Shown here in pieces: positions 37,531 to 51,189 of a stretch of DNA of 64,000 bases; within the stretch, counting starts at the first letter, position 1; every line of letters starts with the position of its first letter. Made by a program: the position numbers and the translations under genes. Location of the stretch: the NCBI GenBank assembly GCA_038087875.1, contig JAXLNO010000113.1, positions 1 through 64,000 of the forward strand, written 5' to 3'. The notes beneath the pieces were generated by a model. The model saw only the letters and a program-made list of their open reading frames with translations, did not search any database and had not been told where the DNA came from. The DNA comes from Malacoraja senta. Taxonomy: Eukaryota.

Positions 37531-38386
37531 TATGGTGTGTAAGTAAAGTGGGGTCAAAGAACACGAGATCTTGGTACCCTGGTTATCCTTTAACCAATAT
37601 TTGAATTGAATATCTCACTGCTGAGACAATGTTCCGTACGGCAACAAAAACTACACTTCAAAGTATTATTAATAAATCACTAGAACTTCCTCAGATCACA
37701 GAAGGCAATTGCATCTCAAATGTAAAATTTATAATAGGGTAAACAATCGGCACACCAGGTGAAAATTTGCACTGGTTTATTGAAATGGTACAAGCGTGAA
37801 ATATTAGAAAACTAATTTAAACAAACCCATTCTTCACTCGGAGTGGTACTAACAGTGGGAAGAACAAGGCAAACAACAATCACAAAATGCTACAGGTCAT
37901 GGTGCCACAATAAACCAGGAGTTGAGTACTGAGCCAAGCAAAACATTTTCAAATGAAAAAGATCAAGTCTAACAAAAAGATTCTACTTTTACAATTCATC
38001 CCACTAGATGTATAAAGGAAATTCAACGGATATTAAGTGTCTCAAATACTAACGCACAATCATGAATGGAGTCCCTCATCAAATCTTGTGTAGAATTAAT
38101 GGTATATTGTCATTTTTGGCCAAAAATGGTTTTCTAATAGAAGGCAGAGTAACAAAGCAGTGAATGGTTCGAGCCGGGTTGCTGACCCATGAAATCCTTA
38201 GGGAGTAGTCCTATGATCTCTGCTTTTACTCGTATTAACATCAATGAAGAGGTAATAAGTAGAGGGCCTATATTTATTGATGAAAATACAATGACGGAAC
38301 TGCAATGAGCTAATACAAAGGTTAATAGATTAATCTCAAGGAAGTTACTTTCAAGACAATGAGGAAAGAACTGCAAAACAACAAGA

Positions 38387-39904
38387 GAGTCAAGAGTCAA
38401 GAGAGTTTATTGTCATGTGTCCCAGATAGGACAATGAGATTCTTGCTTGCTGCAGCACAACAGAATATTGTAGGAATAAATACAGATCAGTGTGTTCATA
38501 TACCATAGACTATATATATACACACATAAATAAACAGATAAAGTGCAATAGGCTGTTATGGTTCAGAGTTTGTTTGAAGTTGTGTTTAATAGTCTGATGG
38601 CTGTGGGGAAGAAGCTGTTCCTGAACCTAGATGTTGCAGATTTCAGGCTCCTGTACCTTTTTCCTGATGGTAGTGGAGAGATGAGTGTGTGGCCAGGATG
38701 GCGTGGGTCCTTGATAATGTTGGCAGTCTTTTTGAGGCAGCGACTGCGATAGATCCCCTCGATGGTAGGGAGGTCAGAGCCGATGATGGACTGGGCAGTG
38801 GTCACAACTTTTTGCAGCCTTTGCCGCTCCTGGACGCTCAAGTTGCCGAACCAAGCCATGATGCAACTGGTCAGCATGCTCTCTACTGTGCACCTGTAGA
38901 AGTTCGAGAGAGTCCTCCTTGACACACCGACTCCCCGTAATCTTCTCAGGAAGTAGAGGTGCTGATGTGCTTACTTTATGATTGCATCAGTGTGCTGGGA
39001 CCAGGAGAGATCTTTGGAAATATGCACACCCAGGAATTTGAAGTTCTTGATCCTTTCCACCATCGACCCGTTGATATAAACGGGACTGTGGGTCCCCATC
39101 CTACCCCTTCCAAAGTCCACAATCAGTTCCTTGGTTTTGCTGGTGTTGAGAGTCAGGTTATTGTGCTGGCACCATTTGGTCAATCTCACTCCTATACTCT
39201 GACTTGTCCCCATTAGTGATATGTCCCACAACAGTGGTGTCGTCGGCGAACTTGATGATGGAGTTTGCACTATGACCGGCTACGCAGTCATGAGTATAGA
39301 GTGAGTACAGCAGGGGGCTGAGCACGCAGCCTTGAGGTGCTCCCGTGCTGATTGTTATCGAGTCTGACACATTTCCACCAATACGGACAGACTGTGGTCT
39401 GTGAATGAGGAAGTCGAGGATCCAATTGCAGAGGGATACGCAGACACCCAGATCTGAGAGCTTGGTAACCAGCTTGGAGGGGATGATGGTATTAAATGCC
39501 GAGCTGTAGTAAATGAATAACAGCCTGACATATGAGTTTTTGTTATCCAAGTGGTCCAGAGCGGAGTGGAGAGCCAATGAGATCGTATCCACCGTTGATC
39601 TGTTGTGGCGGTAAGCAAACTGCAGTGGGTCCAGGTTTTTGTCGAGGTATGAGTTGATTTGCGCCCTGGTCAGCCTCTCAAAGCACTTCATCACCACAGA
39701 CGTTAGTGCCACTGGTCGATAGTCATTGAGGCACGTCACCTTGCTCTTCTTGGTATTATTGATGCCCTTTTAAAGCAGGTGGGAATCTCAGACCTCAGAA
39801 GTGAGAGGTTGAAAATGTCCATAAAAACTCCAGCCAGTTGGTCCGCACAGGTTTTTAAAACACGCCCCGGTATACCATCAGGTCCAGGCACTTTTCGAGG
39901 GTTC
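38387..39904 (-). mobile_element. Rex1/Babar LINE, 5'-truncated
   Basis: [62 protein letters not shown]; gacaataaa plus (ctcttga)n tail; possible TSD acaaga. Confidence 0.93.
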
Positions 39905-40077
39905 ACAAGACATTAAATAAGAAACTTGAAAACAAAAGATCTTATCACAAGGCATTAGATAAGAAACTTGAAAACAAAAACACAAGATACATACCACAAG
40001 AAAGATAATAACATTGGAAACAGATCTCAGTGGTTAGATATGGATACTTGAATTATGCATAAATAAAAGACAAAAAT

Positions 40078-40332
40078 GGTTGGGTGGCAGTGGACAAATT
40101 GCTGCCTTTCAGTGCCAGAGACCCAGGTTTGATCCTGGCTACGGCTGCTGTGTGTACGGAGTTTGTATGTTCTTCCTGTGACCGTGTGGGTTTTCTCCGT
40201 ACAGATTTGTAGGTTAATTGTCTTTGGTTAAATTGTAAAATTGTCCCCAGTTGTAGGATAGTGTTCGTGTAGGAGTGATTTCTGGTTGATGTGGACTCGG
40301 GTGGGCAGAAGGGCCTGTTTCCGTGCTGTATG
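40078..40332 (+). mobile_element. HE1-like SINE (internally deleted)
   Basis: cagtgccagagacccaggtttgatcctg, gtttgtatgttcttcctgtgacc, gggcctgtttccgtgctgtat. Confidence 0.75.
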
Positions 40333-41849
40333 AGCATGAGTTTAAGTTTAGCTTATTGTCACATGTACCCTAAGTACCATGAAAAGCTGGATGTCTTTAG
40401 TTTAAAGTCTCAAAAAAATTTAGGAAGAACTGCCAAAAGAATAGTTGAAAACACTCGTAGCTGAGCATTATAAAGTAAATTACTTAGACATGTTCCCTGT
40501 AAACATTACATTAAAAAAAGGCAACATGTTGTAAAGCAACTCAAAAATAACTAAATCTGTCAAAGGTTTTAAAATTATTTCCAATATCATTGTTATATTG
40601 GTAGTTTTCACTAGGTGGCAAGCAAAAAACTGATGTTTTAAGATGAATAAAATGTTAACCCCAATTTTTTTATTGGCTGTTTCTAAATGAGTGATTGCTT
40701 TGTGGGATCCATGAAAAGTAGAAATTCTATGTACTATTTGTTCTGGGCGAGCCATTTACTCATAATTATGCTGCAGTTTACCAGAGTCAGCACTTCATAC
40801 TCTTGAATTCAACGTTAAGTTTGTAACCAAATTATTTTCTTCCTTAAGGCACAGTTTAACATTTACCATTCCCTTCCAACAGGAACCACCATGAAGAATT
40901 CCTCTACTTTACAACCACTTTTTAATTTTGATTTTCATGTCAATATTTTTTGATTTCATGTTCCAGATTTTTTTTTTAATTACTTGAAAGATCCCAAGAC
41001 AAAGGCAGAAGCCTCCCTCCTTTCATTTTAAGGAAACTGAGCTTTTTACTCAATGGTAATTTTACTTTAATTCCTGTTCTCAACACCTAACCTCATTCAT
41101 GTTTATTGGCATTTGCCTGCTACAATGACAATTCTTTACAATATTGGTATATTTATCCAGAAGATTATATTTGAATCATATAGCTATGTTATTGTTAACA
41201 CCATTTATTTCCGTCTCTATAATGCCTCAACATTAATTCTGCCTAATTTAAGGTTATATAAATATACACAGTTGTTCCTGTGACCTGCTGTGATTTCAAA
41301 GGCAAGCTGACTTAGGCACTTGGATTTTTTTGTTCATGGACAGTCAGTCACTCTCAGCTTCCCGGCCCCAGGATCATTCTAGGAAGTTGGCACAAATCCA
41401 TGATGTATCTCAGTTTTGCTGCTCCCTGCTGCAGCAGTGAAGTTGCTCCACTCCATATTCAAGCAGAGAAGGTAGGGACAGGCAGAGTTGGCATGCACTT
41501 TGCTAGACTTGGCCTTTTCAAATTGCAATTATTTATAAACTACACGTGAATTGTTTTCATTCACTGCTCAGGATGTGGGAATCAGTGGCAAGGGCAGCAT
41601 TTATTGCCCATCTTTAATTTCGGACAAAAATGTAATGGCAACCCCCTGCTGTTCTCCTGGTAAACATACTTCCAAAAGGTATGGAGTTCCAGGTTTTAGG
41701 CACAGCAATATTGACAAAAATGGAGACATAATCCCCATTCAGAACTGTACACAACACAGATGTCCCTGCAGAGCAATCTATTCCATACATCTGCAAAGAT
41801 TTCAGAGATGCTGTTGGAATAGCTCGGGCGAATATAGTATAGAGCAGTA

Positions 41850-42105
41850 CGGCACAGTGGCGCAGCAGGTGGAGCTGCTGCCTCAAAGCGCCAGAGACCC
41901 AGCTTCGATCCTGACTTTGGGTGCCGTGGAGCTCTGTGGAGCTAGCACTTTCTCCCAGATTTCCTGCCACCTCCAAAGACATGCAGTTTTGTAGGTTTAT
42001 TGGCTTCTGTAACTTGCCCCCAGAGTGCAGAAAGTGGGATAATGTAGAACCAGTGTGAACGGGTGATAAATTGTCAGCGTGGACTCTATGTGCATCTCTA
42101 AACTA
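41850..42105 (+). mobile_element. HE1-like SINE
   Basis: cggcacagtggcgcagcaggtggagctgctgcctca..gacccagcttcgatcctg. Confidence 0.75.
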
Positions 42106-43010
42106 AGTACAGCACAGGAACTGGCTCTTCAGTCACTGTGTCTGTACTGACCATGATGCCAAATTAAACTAATCCCATCTGCCTACTCATGACTCAAATC
42201 CTTCTCCCCACCCGTTCATGTGTTTGTCTACACGGCTTTGAGATGTCACTATCATATCAGCATTCTCTACCACTCCCACACACACAACAGTGCATTCCAG
42301 GCACTAATCATACTCATTGGAAATACTTACCTTGAACATCTCCTTTAAACAGTCTCCTTCTCAGAGAAAACAACCCTCGTCTGCCCCACCTCTCCTTCAG
42401 AACTAGTACTCTCTAATCCAGGTGACATACTAGCAAACCTCTTCTGCACCTTCTCCAAAGGATGCACATCCTTCTTGTAATGTGGCTTTACCAAAGTTTA
42501 TACAGCTGCACAGGACTTCCTGACTCTTATACTCAACATCCCAAATGATGAAGGCAAGCATGGTGTACACCTTGTTAACCACTCTATCTACTTGCCTCTT
42601 TCAGGAATCTCAACCCCCCTCTGCACATCACTGCTCCTTAGGCTGCTGTCATTTCCTGTATACTTTCCCCCTCCATTTGACCTTCCAAAGTGCAATACCT
42701 TTCACTTGCCCGGATTAAACCCGATCTACTTTTTGTATTTCCCGCCGCCCTTATCACGAACTGAATTATATCCTGCTGAATCATTTGACAAACTTCTTCA
42801 TTATCCACAACTGCACATATTTGTCTCATCTGAAAACTTAGTAATCAGCCTATCTACATTTTGTCCAAATCAGTTATATAACCACAAACAAAGGTTCCAA
42901 CACAGATCACTGCGAACACAATTGATTATAGACTTTCATTCAAAGAAACAGCTCTCCACCACTATCCTCAAGCTTCAATTGCCAAGCCATTTTTTAATCT
43001 ACTCCCCCAA
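42106..43010 (-). mobile_element. Old degraded CR1
   Basis: gtacagcacaggaac tail and degraded RT C-terminal sequence like 36138-37530. Confidence 0.65.
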
Positions 43011-43450
43011 ATAGCTAATCTCCTGGATGATAAGTATGGTGCATTTTGTAAATGTTACACACTACCAAAGCGTACCAGTAGCAGGGTGGTCATTTAGCAG
43101 ATTGATTTGTACTCACCCACCTCACTCATGCCATTGCAGTATCCACACTTTAAGTAGCAATACTCCCCACTAGCTGGAAGAGTGCTGATGGCAATGTGGT
43201 GTATATCCCTTTAAAGGGCTGGCTACAGAGTTTGCAGTTGATAGTTAATGTGCTAGCAGCTGCAAAGACCTCTTAATGAACCAGAATGCTGATGGACACT
43301 AAAACAGATACTATGTGGGGAAATTGTGAAAACACAATTAAAAATTACATTGCAATGTAATGTAAGGTTGACTGCAATGTTTCCTAGATTAGAGGATATT
43401 ACCTTTAAGGAGGATGTCCTATAAGAGGATATTACCTTTTCCATGACTTT

Positions 43451-43546
43451 CAGTCTGAAGAAGGGTCTCGACCCGAAATGTCACCCATGCATTCTCTCCA
43501 GAGATGCTGCCTGTCCCGCTGAGTTACTCCAGATTTTTGTGTCCAT
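43451..43546 (+). mobile_element. Penelope-derived repeat with hammerhead-like core
   Basis: cagtctgaagaagggtctcgacccgaaatgtcacc..agagatgctgcctgtcccgctgagttactccag. Confidence 0.8.
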
Positions 43547-43864
43547 CCACCTATAAGGAGAGGTTGGACAAACTTGGAATGCTTTTTTCTGGAGACTTTG
43601 GGGGTACCCGATAAAAGTTTATAGAATTATATCAGAAATAATAGGTTGGATGGTCAGAATCTCTCTCACAGGGTGGACATGTCAACAACTAGAGGGTCAA
43701 CAAGAAGTCAGGATGGAAAGTTTAAAGGAGATGTGCAGGGCGTTTTGCTTTGCACACACACGGTGTGGCAGGTGCATTGAACGCGCCGCTAGAGACATAA
43801 TATTTTATGGAGGAAAGTGAGCGAAGCAATGCATCTATGGCAGATGTGGGTATAGGAAAGGTAA

Positions 43865-44102
43865 TGGGCCTATCCCACTTAGGCGACTCTTTAGGCGACT
43901 GCCAGGGACTAATTCTAATGGAATTTACCTACGGCACCTGGCGACAATCTACGACAGCACCCACGACAACCTACGACAACACCTATGTCAACCTACGACA
44001 GCAAGTATTTTCGCCACTGTCGCCTAAAATTTTTCAACGTTGAGAATTTTGTGGCAGTTGCCTGTAGTCGCCCCAAAAAAGCGCCTAAGTGGGACAAGCC
44101 CA
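43865..44102. mobile_element. MITE, probably PIF/Harbinger
   Basis: TIR tgggcctatcccacttaggcg / cgcctaagtgggacaagccca; flanks taa / aaa; internal acctacgaca repeats. Confidence 0.75.
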
Positions 44103-45514
44103 AAAGGAAATGTAAACAGGCATCTTATTTATCACCTCATATTGGCAATTAACTAGCCAATAAACATTTCTTTAAAAATTCCCCTCAAAGTTCTTGCCCG
44201 TTTTTACTTCATAAAAGCAATGGGTAGAATTTATATTTATTTATCACTAATCAGCTGAAACCTCATCCAAGTTCAGAGATATTTTCTGTTGCATTTATAC
44301 TGTGAAATTAACCAACATAAAGAGCATGTACCAGATACATTCCCAAAATCTGCCCTCTTGTACTTGGGGTCAAGGAAAAAAGCATTCACGTCGCGGCCCT
44401 GTTTCCACCAATCTTTCCACCACCACGCGCAAGAAGCGTAAGACAGACACCATTGTGCAGATGTTGAGAAGTGTGTTCAGCTCTGGCTGAACAACTTCTA
44501 ATCTTGTATGTGGATTCAATAAGAAGTAGTGCTGTACTTGAAATTATTTAATGTTGTCACTGATTGAACAAATTGAGTCAAATGCCAAATGCTTTTAGGT
44601 AGGAGGAAGATATTGCAGTGAAGATAAGAGAAGGCACCTGTCAGGGTGGAAATTGGCAGCACAGGTCATGAAATGCTCACATGCATTTTAAGTGATGTTT
44701 GTCATCAATATAATGGACAGAGGGAGATGGCTTGAGTAAGAGCAGGCAAAGACTGAACGACAGACTGTTCCATGTATCTAACAAAGACAGACATGGCTTG
44801 GATACATGCAGGTTTCCATAGTAATCTCTCTGAATTGAACAAGTGGGGTGCCGTTTAAGTAGGAGTTGTCCATTTCCAGAAAATGTTAAGCCAGGCAGAG
44901 GGGTGTGGTGGTGGTGGAAGGAGAGTAGTTATGTTTCTACTTTAAAGATGGAGATACAGAAGAATTGGACATTCATAGAGAAATCTTCCCTCCATCTTTT
45001 CACCATTCTGAGCAGACTGTTCTCTCCCTCCTCTCCTTGGTTCATGCTTCAAACTCCAGTACCCATACCGCACACTGTATTGTGCTACTGCAGGTGACAC
45101 AACACTTCTTCCCTACCCACTATCCACCTTACTGTGACAACTTTGGTCTAAACCCTGTCTGGGGGCATTGCTTCTGTTCCCTCCGCCTTTCATCCATTCT
45201 GCAACTTTACATACTTACTTTCCCCACTTTACCTATTTTAAGAGGAATCAAAACATGCATTATTTCTCTCCCCATTGCTGTTGCTTGACATGTTGGGTGC
45301 TGCCAGTATCCTTTTTAATAAAGAATTGCAGCATTTGCAGCTTTTTGCTTTGTATAGATATAAATTATTTGCAACCAAATCACAATGGTCAAAAAGTCAA
45401 CAAAAATGTAATATTCAAATATAATCATGCTGCCCTGAAACTAAGGGACTTTAAGACACGGGCTACTCATTTTAGAAAGCTTAATTTTAAAATCTGTGTT
45501 TACAATAAAGATAA

Positions 45515-45830
45515 CTTTATATTCAGAGATGGACATCAAGTGCTACTGGAAGAAGATCTACTCAGCTAAAAATGATCTTTGGTCTGCCCAAAACTTGTTG
45601 GCCTGCCAGCAAAACAAGTTGTTGATCAGAGAATGTTGCCGACTGGCCCATTTCAGACTGCAGGAGCACATGCCGAGGGACTTGCTGAAGCTTGGTGCAG
45701 CCAAGTCTCATTGGGGTAGGATCAGGCTAAAATCCTTCCCCTGCAGGACATTGAGGGGCAGAGTCTGGTTGGGACACCCCTCAAACTAGGGAAGTGATAT
45801 CAGCCCAGGGCACCACGAGACTGGCAAGAG
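45515..45830 (+). mobile_element. Old Tx1-type LINE 3' remnant
   Basis: CYWKKIYSAKNDLWSAQ..CCRLAHFRLQE..RDLLKLG, homologous to 33336-33776. Confidence 0.7.
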
Positions 45831-46164
45831 TGCTTGGTTTAAGGATAGCTGCTAACACTGCTAAATATGACACTAATGAACTTATAGATGCTGAGAATGT
45901 CAGAAGCATTTTTGGAAATAAAAACATACCGTGATGCTCACCATTGATCTTGAAGAAACCTACCCATAAAGACCTATGTACATTCTCCTCAGTTTTCCTA
46001 CATCAGTTGGTGCCATTACGGGAAATCCTAGTCTTCCACAAGTGGGGTCATCAAACTGGCTGCACATCCTCACATTTAAAGGGGACACTTAATTAAGATT
46101 TTAGATAATTAAAAAAGGAATATATACACACAAGATTGATAGAGCAGTTGAAATAGCAAACATT

Positions 46165-48148
46165 TAAAAGTAATAATTTCTTTATTCAAAACCTTTTCTG
46201 AAATATTTGAGAGAGTTGCAAACCACATATAAAATTAGTTCTATAATTGGGCTTTTTTTTTACTGAGCAGTAATTATATTTTGGTGCAACATTACATTTT
46301 TAGAGCTCATGTAATGAAATACATTTAAGGTATTTTACAGTGACACTAATTCAAAAAGTACGGAAGTTCACATGTATTCATTAAAGTTAAGATTTTGCTG
46401 AAGAATGCTGCAAAGTGCAGTCTTGAATGCAGCGAATTACAGAGCAACGTCTGGATTTGTGGTTTTAATTGTACACATGCCTACTCGAGAAATTGCTGTA
46501 ACTGGGTTTGCTTTCGGAACAACTGCAAAGGCTTGGTCTATATGTTTTCAGGTTAAACTAAACAACCATAGAATTTTACACTGTTTAAACTGAAGATGAT
46601 CAATCCATCATTGTGGTGCTCCAATCCGTCTTTAATTCAATAACAGCTTCACAGAAGCTTTGGCAAATCAGAAAATTCCCTTGACCAATTTGGCACAGAG
46701 GAAAACAATTGAATTAAAAATCCAGACTGAGTTGGAAATTGCCTTCCATTTTCTGGGTAAGAGGTTCAAACAAATAAATCAATATATAAAATTGATCTGC
46801 TGTGCTTGTCATTTAGTCAGTGTGAAAAAATGTGAAGACTGCCTCCAAATACAAAATGTAAGCAGTTATGGTCCTTGGAAACGGCAAAGTATGTTAAAAA
46901 GAAAACCTCTTCATAGGGAAAAAAAACGGTTAAAAGGATGCCTGGTACACTGCATTAGGATTCCTATTTTATCTTGAAAAAAGTGTTGTTAAAGAATGGC
47001 TCCACAAGCAGAAATTCAAGTATGAGTGACCAGTTTTTAATTGTAAAGTAGGTGCAACATTATTAAAAATGTTACAACACTGCACGACCTGTAATGTTCA
47101 CAATATTTACAATTACTGTCCTTTACATGAAACCATAAAACCTTTAGAACTTGCATGGACTGGAACAAACTAGTCCTATCATCCACATAAATGCCATCAA
47201 CTAATTAAAATCAAGTGCACAACATACTTTACATGTTCTACTAATGTAAAGTATACATGTGAGAAAATACAAATCAATGTCAAAACAAAGAGCAAAGTTG
47301 GTCATTACAAGACAGTTCAGGAATAAAGCAAAGAAAAGCAAAATTAAATATGAAAGCGCACATTTTTGATGGATAAAACATTTGTTTTGACATAAAACAG
47401 CAAAAAAGCTGACTGATAAGAAAACACAGACAATACCATTAAAACAGTACACACCCATCAGAATGGTGAAAAAGTGAGGGGAATAAAGACTTAATTTTAC
47501 ATGAAGTTTGCATGTAGGACTGCAGGAGACCTCCATGCCATTGCACAAAGGACAGAATTCTAAACAGAATAGAAATGAACATTGGTGGTGTGAAGTGTCT
47601 GTCATAATCAAGTTATCACATAACCATGCCTCATCTGCTGTTAAATACAAAAACAGCATCTTGCATATAAAAGCTTTAAGCGGCATTTTTATTTATCCTC
47701 TTTACACTGGTAATCTCTTGTATGTGTACTCAATAGAAACCAAATAATTTTGTACACTATTTTGTACAAGAAAAAGATAAACTGTGCATTAAGTATGCTT
47801 GTACATGACAACTTTATACAGTATTTACAATTTGATATTACCATGAAATTTTGCATAATCTATATACACATGAAAATTTGTCAGAAACATTTGGACTGTT
47901 CAGTTTTTGATATTCTTGATTTTTCTTTTAGTATTGTAGAAAATGTCAATTTTTAGGCAAGCAGTAGATAAACTGTAACCATGATCTCACAAGGTTTCTA
48001 ATGAGCTATCCAGCATATAATCTTTGCTCATTATTGAAGAAACACTGTACCACGGTTCATTAGCACCTTGTAGCGTTGTGGATAACTAAGACTCTATATA
48101 CATACAGTTCCACCATATAACTATAATCAGTGATGAAGACATTGAACG
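46165..48148 (-). other. Probable ~2-kb 3' UTR of a host gene
   Basis: Free of recognisable TEs, U/GU-rich on -, AATAAA at 46181-46186 (-), four TGTAHATA Pumilio elements (47104, 47822, 47861, 48095). Confidence 0.6.
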
Positions 48149-48220
48149 TTATCTAGAAATTTTTCGCCTCTTGGCTTTTGGTGACTTGACTTGTCTCTCC
48201 TTCTGTTGTGTCTGATGGAC
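48149..48220 (-). CDS. Probable terminal coding exon VHQTQQKERQVKSPKAKRRKISR* (nuclear protein, gene not identified)
   Basis: Strong acceptor gtttattttgcatttttcAG, 23 codons to TAA, monopartite NLS-like PKAKRRK, UTR-like downstream; the phase-1 frame is also open (GPSDTTEG..AKNF*). Confidence 0.6.
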   Translation of the reverse strand, partial: VHQTQQKERQVKSPKAKRRKISR

Positions 48221-48736
48221 CTGAAAAATGCAAAATAAACTACAGATTAATTCAATGAAGTGCAGTACATTTCCTGAATGATGTTGAAGATACAAAGTTA
48301 TATAAAGATAGAAATCTGTATATCAAGATTTTTAATTATTTTGGTGGCTGGACTACAGTTGTGATCAAAATCTTTGTTTATTGGGGCCTATTCTCAATTT
48401 GGACATTGAATCAATAATTCACTGCCAATGGTTCTCAAATGAATTTTAAGATGGTTGCATTGCTAAAATTATGGTTTCAAATTTTCTGCAGATCACAGAT
48501 GAGAATAGGCCAGGCAACACAAATCAGCAGAGCATTCATATTCTGTACTCAATAAAACTTCATTAAGAATTTCTTGATTGCAGTTTAGCATCCAAGTACA
48601 AATTTCTAATGCAAACATAAAACATATTTCCCTCAATTCTGATTCATTAAATTGTGTTTCATTATGGTTAGAAACAATTAGGAATTTATTCACTTCTTTG
48701 TAATATTTATTTATATCATCTTTTTATAACTAAATT

Positions 48737-49070
48737 TTTATTTTTTATTTTTTTTATATTTTATTTATTAGAAGTAATGTACATTACAATGAAATAAGCC
48801 AAAAATAACATAATACATTTCCTGTACCACTTCTTGTTTTAAACTTTAAGAAGGAGAAGAATAGAGAAAGTTAGATAAGATAGTAAGTGCGTGAAAGAGT
48901 GATCAGGAGAAACCCGTAGAAATGTAAAACACGAGAAAGAGTAAAAAAGAAAACCAAAGGAAAAGAAAGAGAAAAATAGAAAACAGAAGATATAAGAAAG
49001 TAAAATAAGATAAAAGGGATGTACCTACTTCGTATCTTTACACACCCCTCACCAGGTCCTATCAATTCAA
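48737..49070 (-). mobile_element. L1 3' UTR-only insertion
   Basis: 12-bp TSD tataactaaatt (48725-48736, 49071-49082); A-tail and aataaa on -. Confidence 0.8.
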
Positions 49071-50040
49071 TATAACTAAATTGTTGAATGGATATTTCAG
49101 AGTGCAAAATAAAAATCCTGAACATTTCATCCATGTTTTAGATATCTTGATCTACGCATAACAAGTCTAGAAAATTTGACACTTACCAGAATTAAAATGT
49201 AAATAGGGTACACAAAATATCTGCTTAATATGACACGTCAGTTGATTTCATAACACAACAGTATATGTTGGCAGAGAATGAAGCATAGATAAACCCTTTC
49301 AAGGGGCAACAGAATGATGTGTGTGGAGTGCCAGTGATTTAGTTGCACACAGCTCATTTTCATGACGTCTGTTCAATCCATGTTGTAGATTCAAGGCTAC
49401 AGCATGAGTACCATGAATCACACAGGAGCAAAACACTGATATGAAGGAGATAATGCTTGAGTGCATTGCGATTGTGAAATGAATCAAATAAATACAAATA
49501 TTTTCACATAATTTTTCTAGACTTGGAGCCAAAAGATATCTGAAACAAACAAACATGGATTTCAGAGAAGACCAAAGACTTGTTTACTTATTAGCATCAA
49601 AATTAGCTGTTAAAAATTCAAAGTATTATATTGGAACATTTATATTCATATAGACAACTGGCCTTCTGCAAACAAAGATCTTGAGAACCAACAATGAGGA
49701 GAATGGAAAAAGAGACAAAGTGTGGGAGTCGCTGAGTTACACCAGAACTGTGTGTCCTTTTTGCAAACTGGCATCTGTCGTTCCTTGTGTCTACAATGAG
49801 GAAAATTACATGTTTGCTTGCTACTGGTGAAACCAATTGAGGCTGGCCATCCAATGGAAATAGTTCAATTAAATGGTTAATGTATAAACCATTGAAACTA
49901 ATGGACATGCACTTGATGTAACATTCTATCTAAACGATTGTTCTGTCAATAATGCAACTTCCACTCAAAACGACATCACAAATATAAGAGGTTGCATTGT
50001 TAGGGGTAGAGCTGTGTCAAACTCACAAATATCTGACAAC

Positions 50041-50342
50041 AGACAAAAAATGCTGGAGTAACTCAACAGGTCAGTCAGCATTTCTGGAGAACATGGTTAA
50101 GTGATGTTTCAGGTTAGGACACTTCTTCAGACTATAAAACTCACACCTGTGTTCACCTACTGCTGGCCATGCTCTGTCCTGCCCTTCCTCTTTTTTAGCT
50201 TTCTTCCCCGCTCTCCTGCAATCAGTCCGAAGAAAGGCCCCGACCCAAACCATCAACTACCCATGTTTCCAGAGATGCTTCCTGACCTGCTGAGTTATTC
50301 CAGCATTTTCTTTGGTCTAAACTAGCATCTGTAGTTCCTTGT
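50041..50342. mobile_element. Degraded Penelope-derived fold-back element
   Basis: aaatgctggagtaactcaacaggtcag inverted with ctgacctgctgagttattccagcatttt; decayed ctgaagaag cores on both strands. Confidence 0.75.
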
Positions 50343-51189
50343 TATTACATCACATGTTTCTGACCTGGAGTAAGCTAAACTGTCAATCCAGGATGACCAA
50401 GGTATTGAACTACATTCAAATCCAATACACAAATGATCCAGCACAACACTAAAACAGCTTTGTTAGTCGTACCTCAGGTAGGTTTGTGTAGCATTTTGTT
50501 TCAGTCACTTTGCTATCTTTTAGAAGTATAAGTGGTAACTAAACGACCAATACTATTCAGATTACCTCTAAAGTAACTTGAGGAAATGACCATGAGGCAT
50601 CCCCTTCAATGGCTAATGTATATATCTATATCTATCTTCTATCTATACATAACTAAAACTCTGATCTTGTTATCTTCCGGTTTGCGCGGTCATTCTATTT
50701 GCGCAAAAACGGTACGGAATAGCGCTACGATTTTCGCCACCTTACTCACCGTTCTCATCTACTGCGATTGCACCAAGTTTCGTTCCGACCGGTGGTCTAA
50801 TGTAAAAGTTAGCGAGGTTTAAAAATTGCGCGTGCGCAGATCGATCTACTCCCGCCAATCGGAGCCGCGTGGATTGGTCTTTTCTCCTGTCACTCCCCTT
50901 CCTGCGCCATCGCGTCTTTACTGGAGTTGAGGGAGGCTCTGGATGGCCGGCGGAGGTTGCCATCGCGTCTTTACTGGAGCTGAGGGAGGCTCTGGATGGC
51001 CGGCAGAGGTCTCCAACCAGGCACAATTTTCGGAGGGACCGCCGGAAGTGACACAATTTTCGGAGGGACCGGAAGCGGCCCAACCCGGCCTGGCCCAGAG
51101 TCGGAGATGTCGCCAAACGGAAACTCTGATCCCGGCGGAGGAGAACGTCCAGCGCCCGCTGTGAGTCCACATTGCCCGCTGTGACTTCC

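Noticed and set aside
39905..39985. ~35-bp imperfect tandem duplication next to the Rex1 5' end
   Set aside because: Ordinary local duplication with no further structure
47201..47686. 161-aa hydrophobic minus-strand ORF
   Set aside because: U-rich 3' UTR composition; no splice or domain support
50475..50540. Possible penultimate minus-strand exon (DSKVTETKCYTNLPE)
   Set aside because: Weak donor (GTACGA) and ambiguous acceptor; not supportable without transcripts
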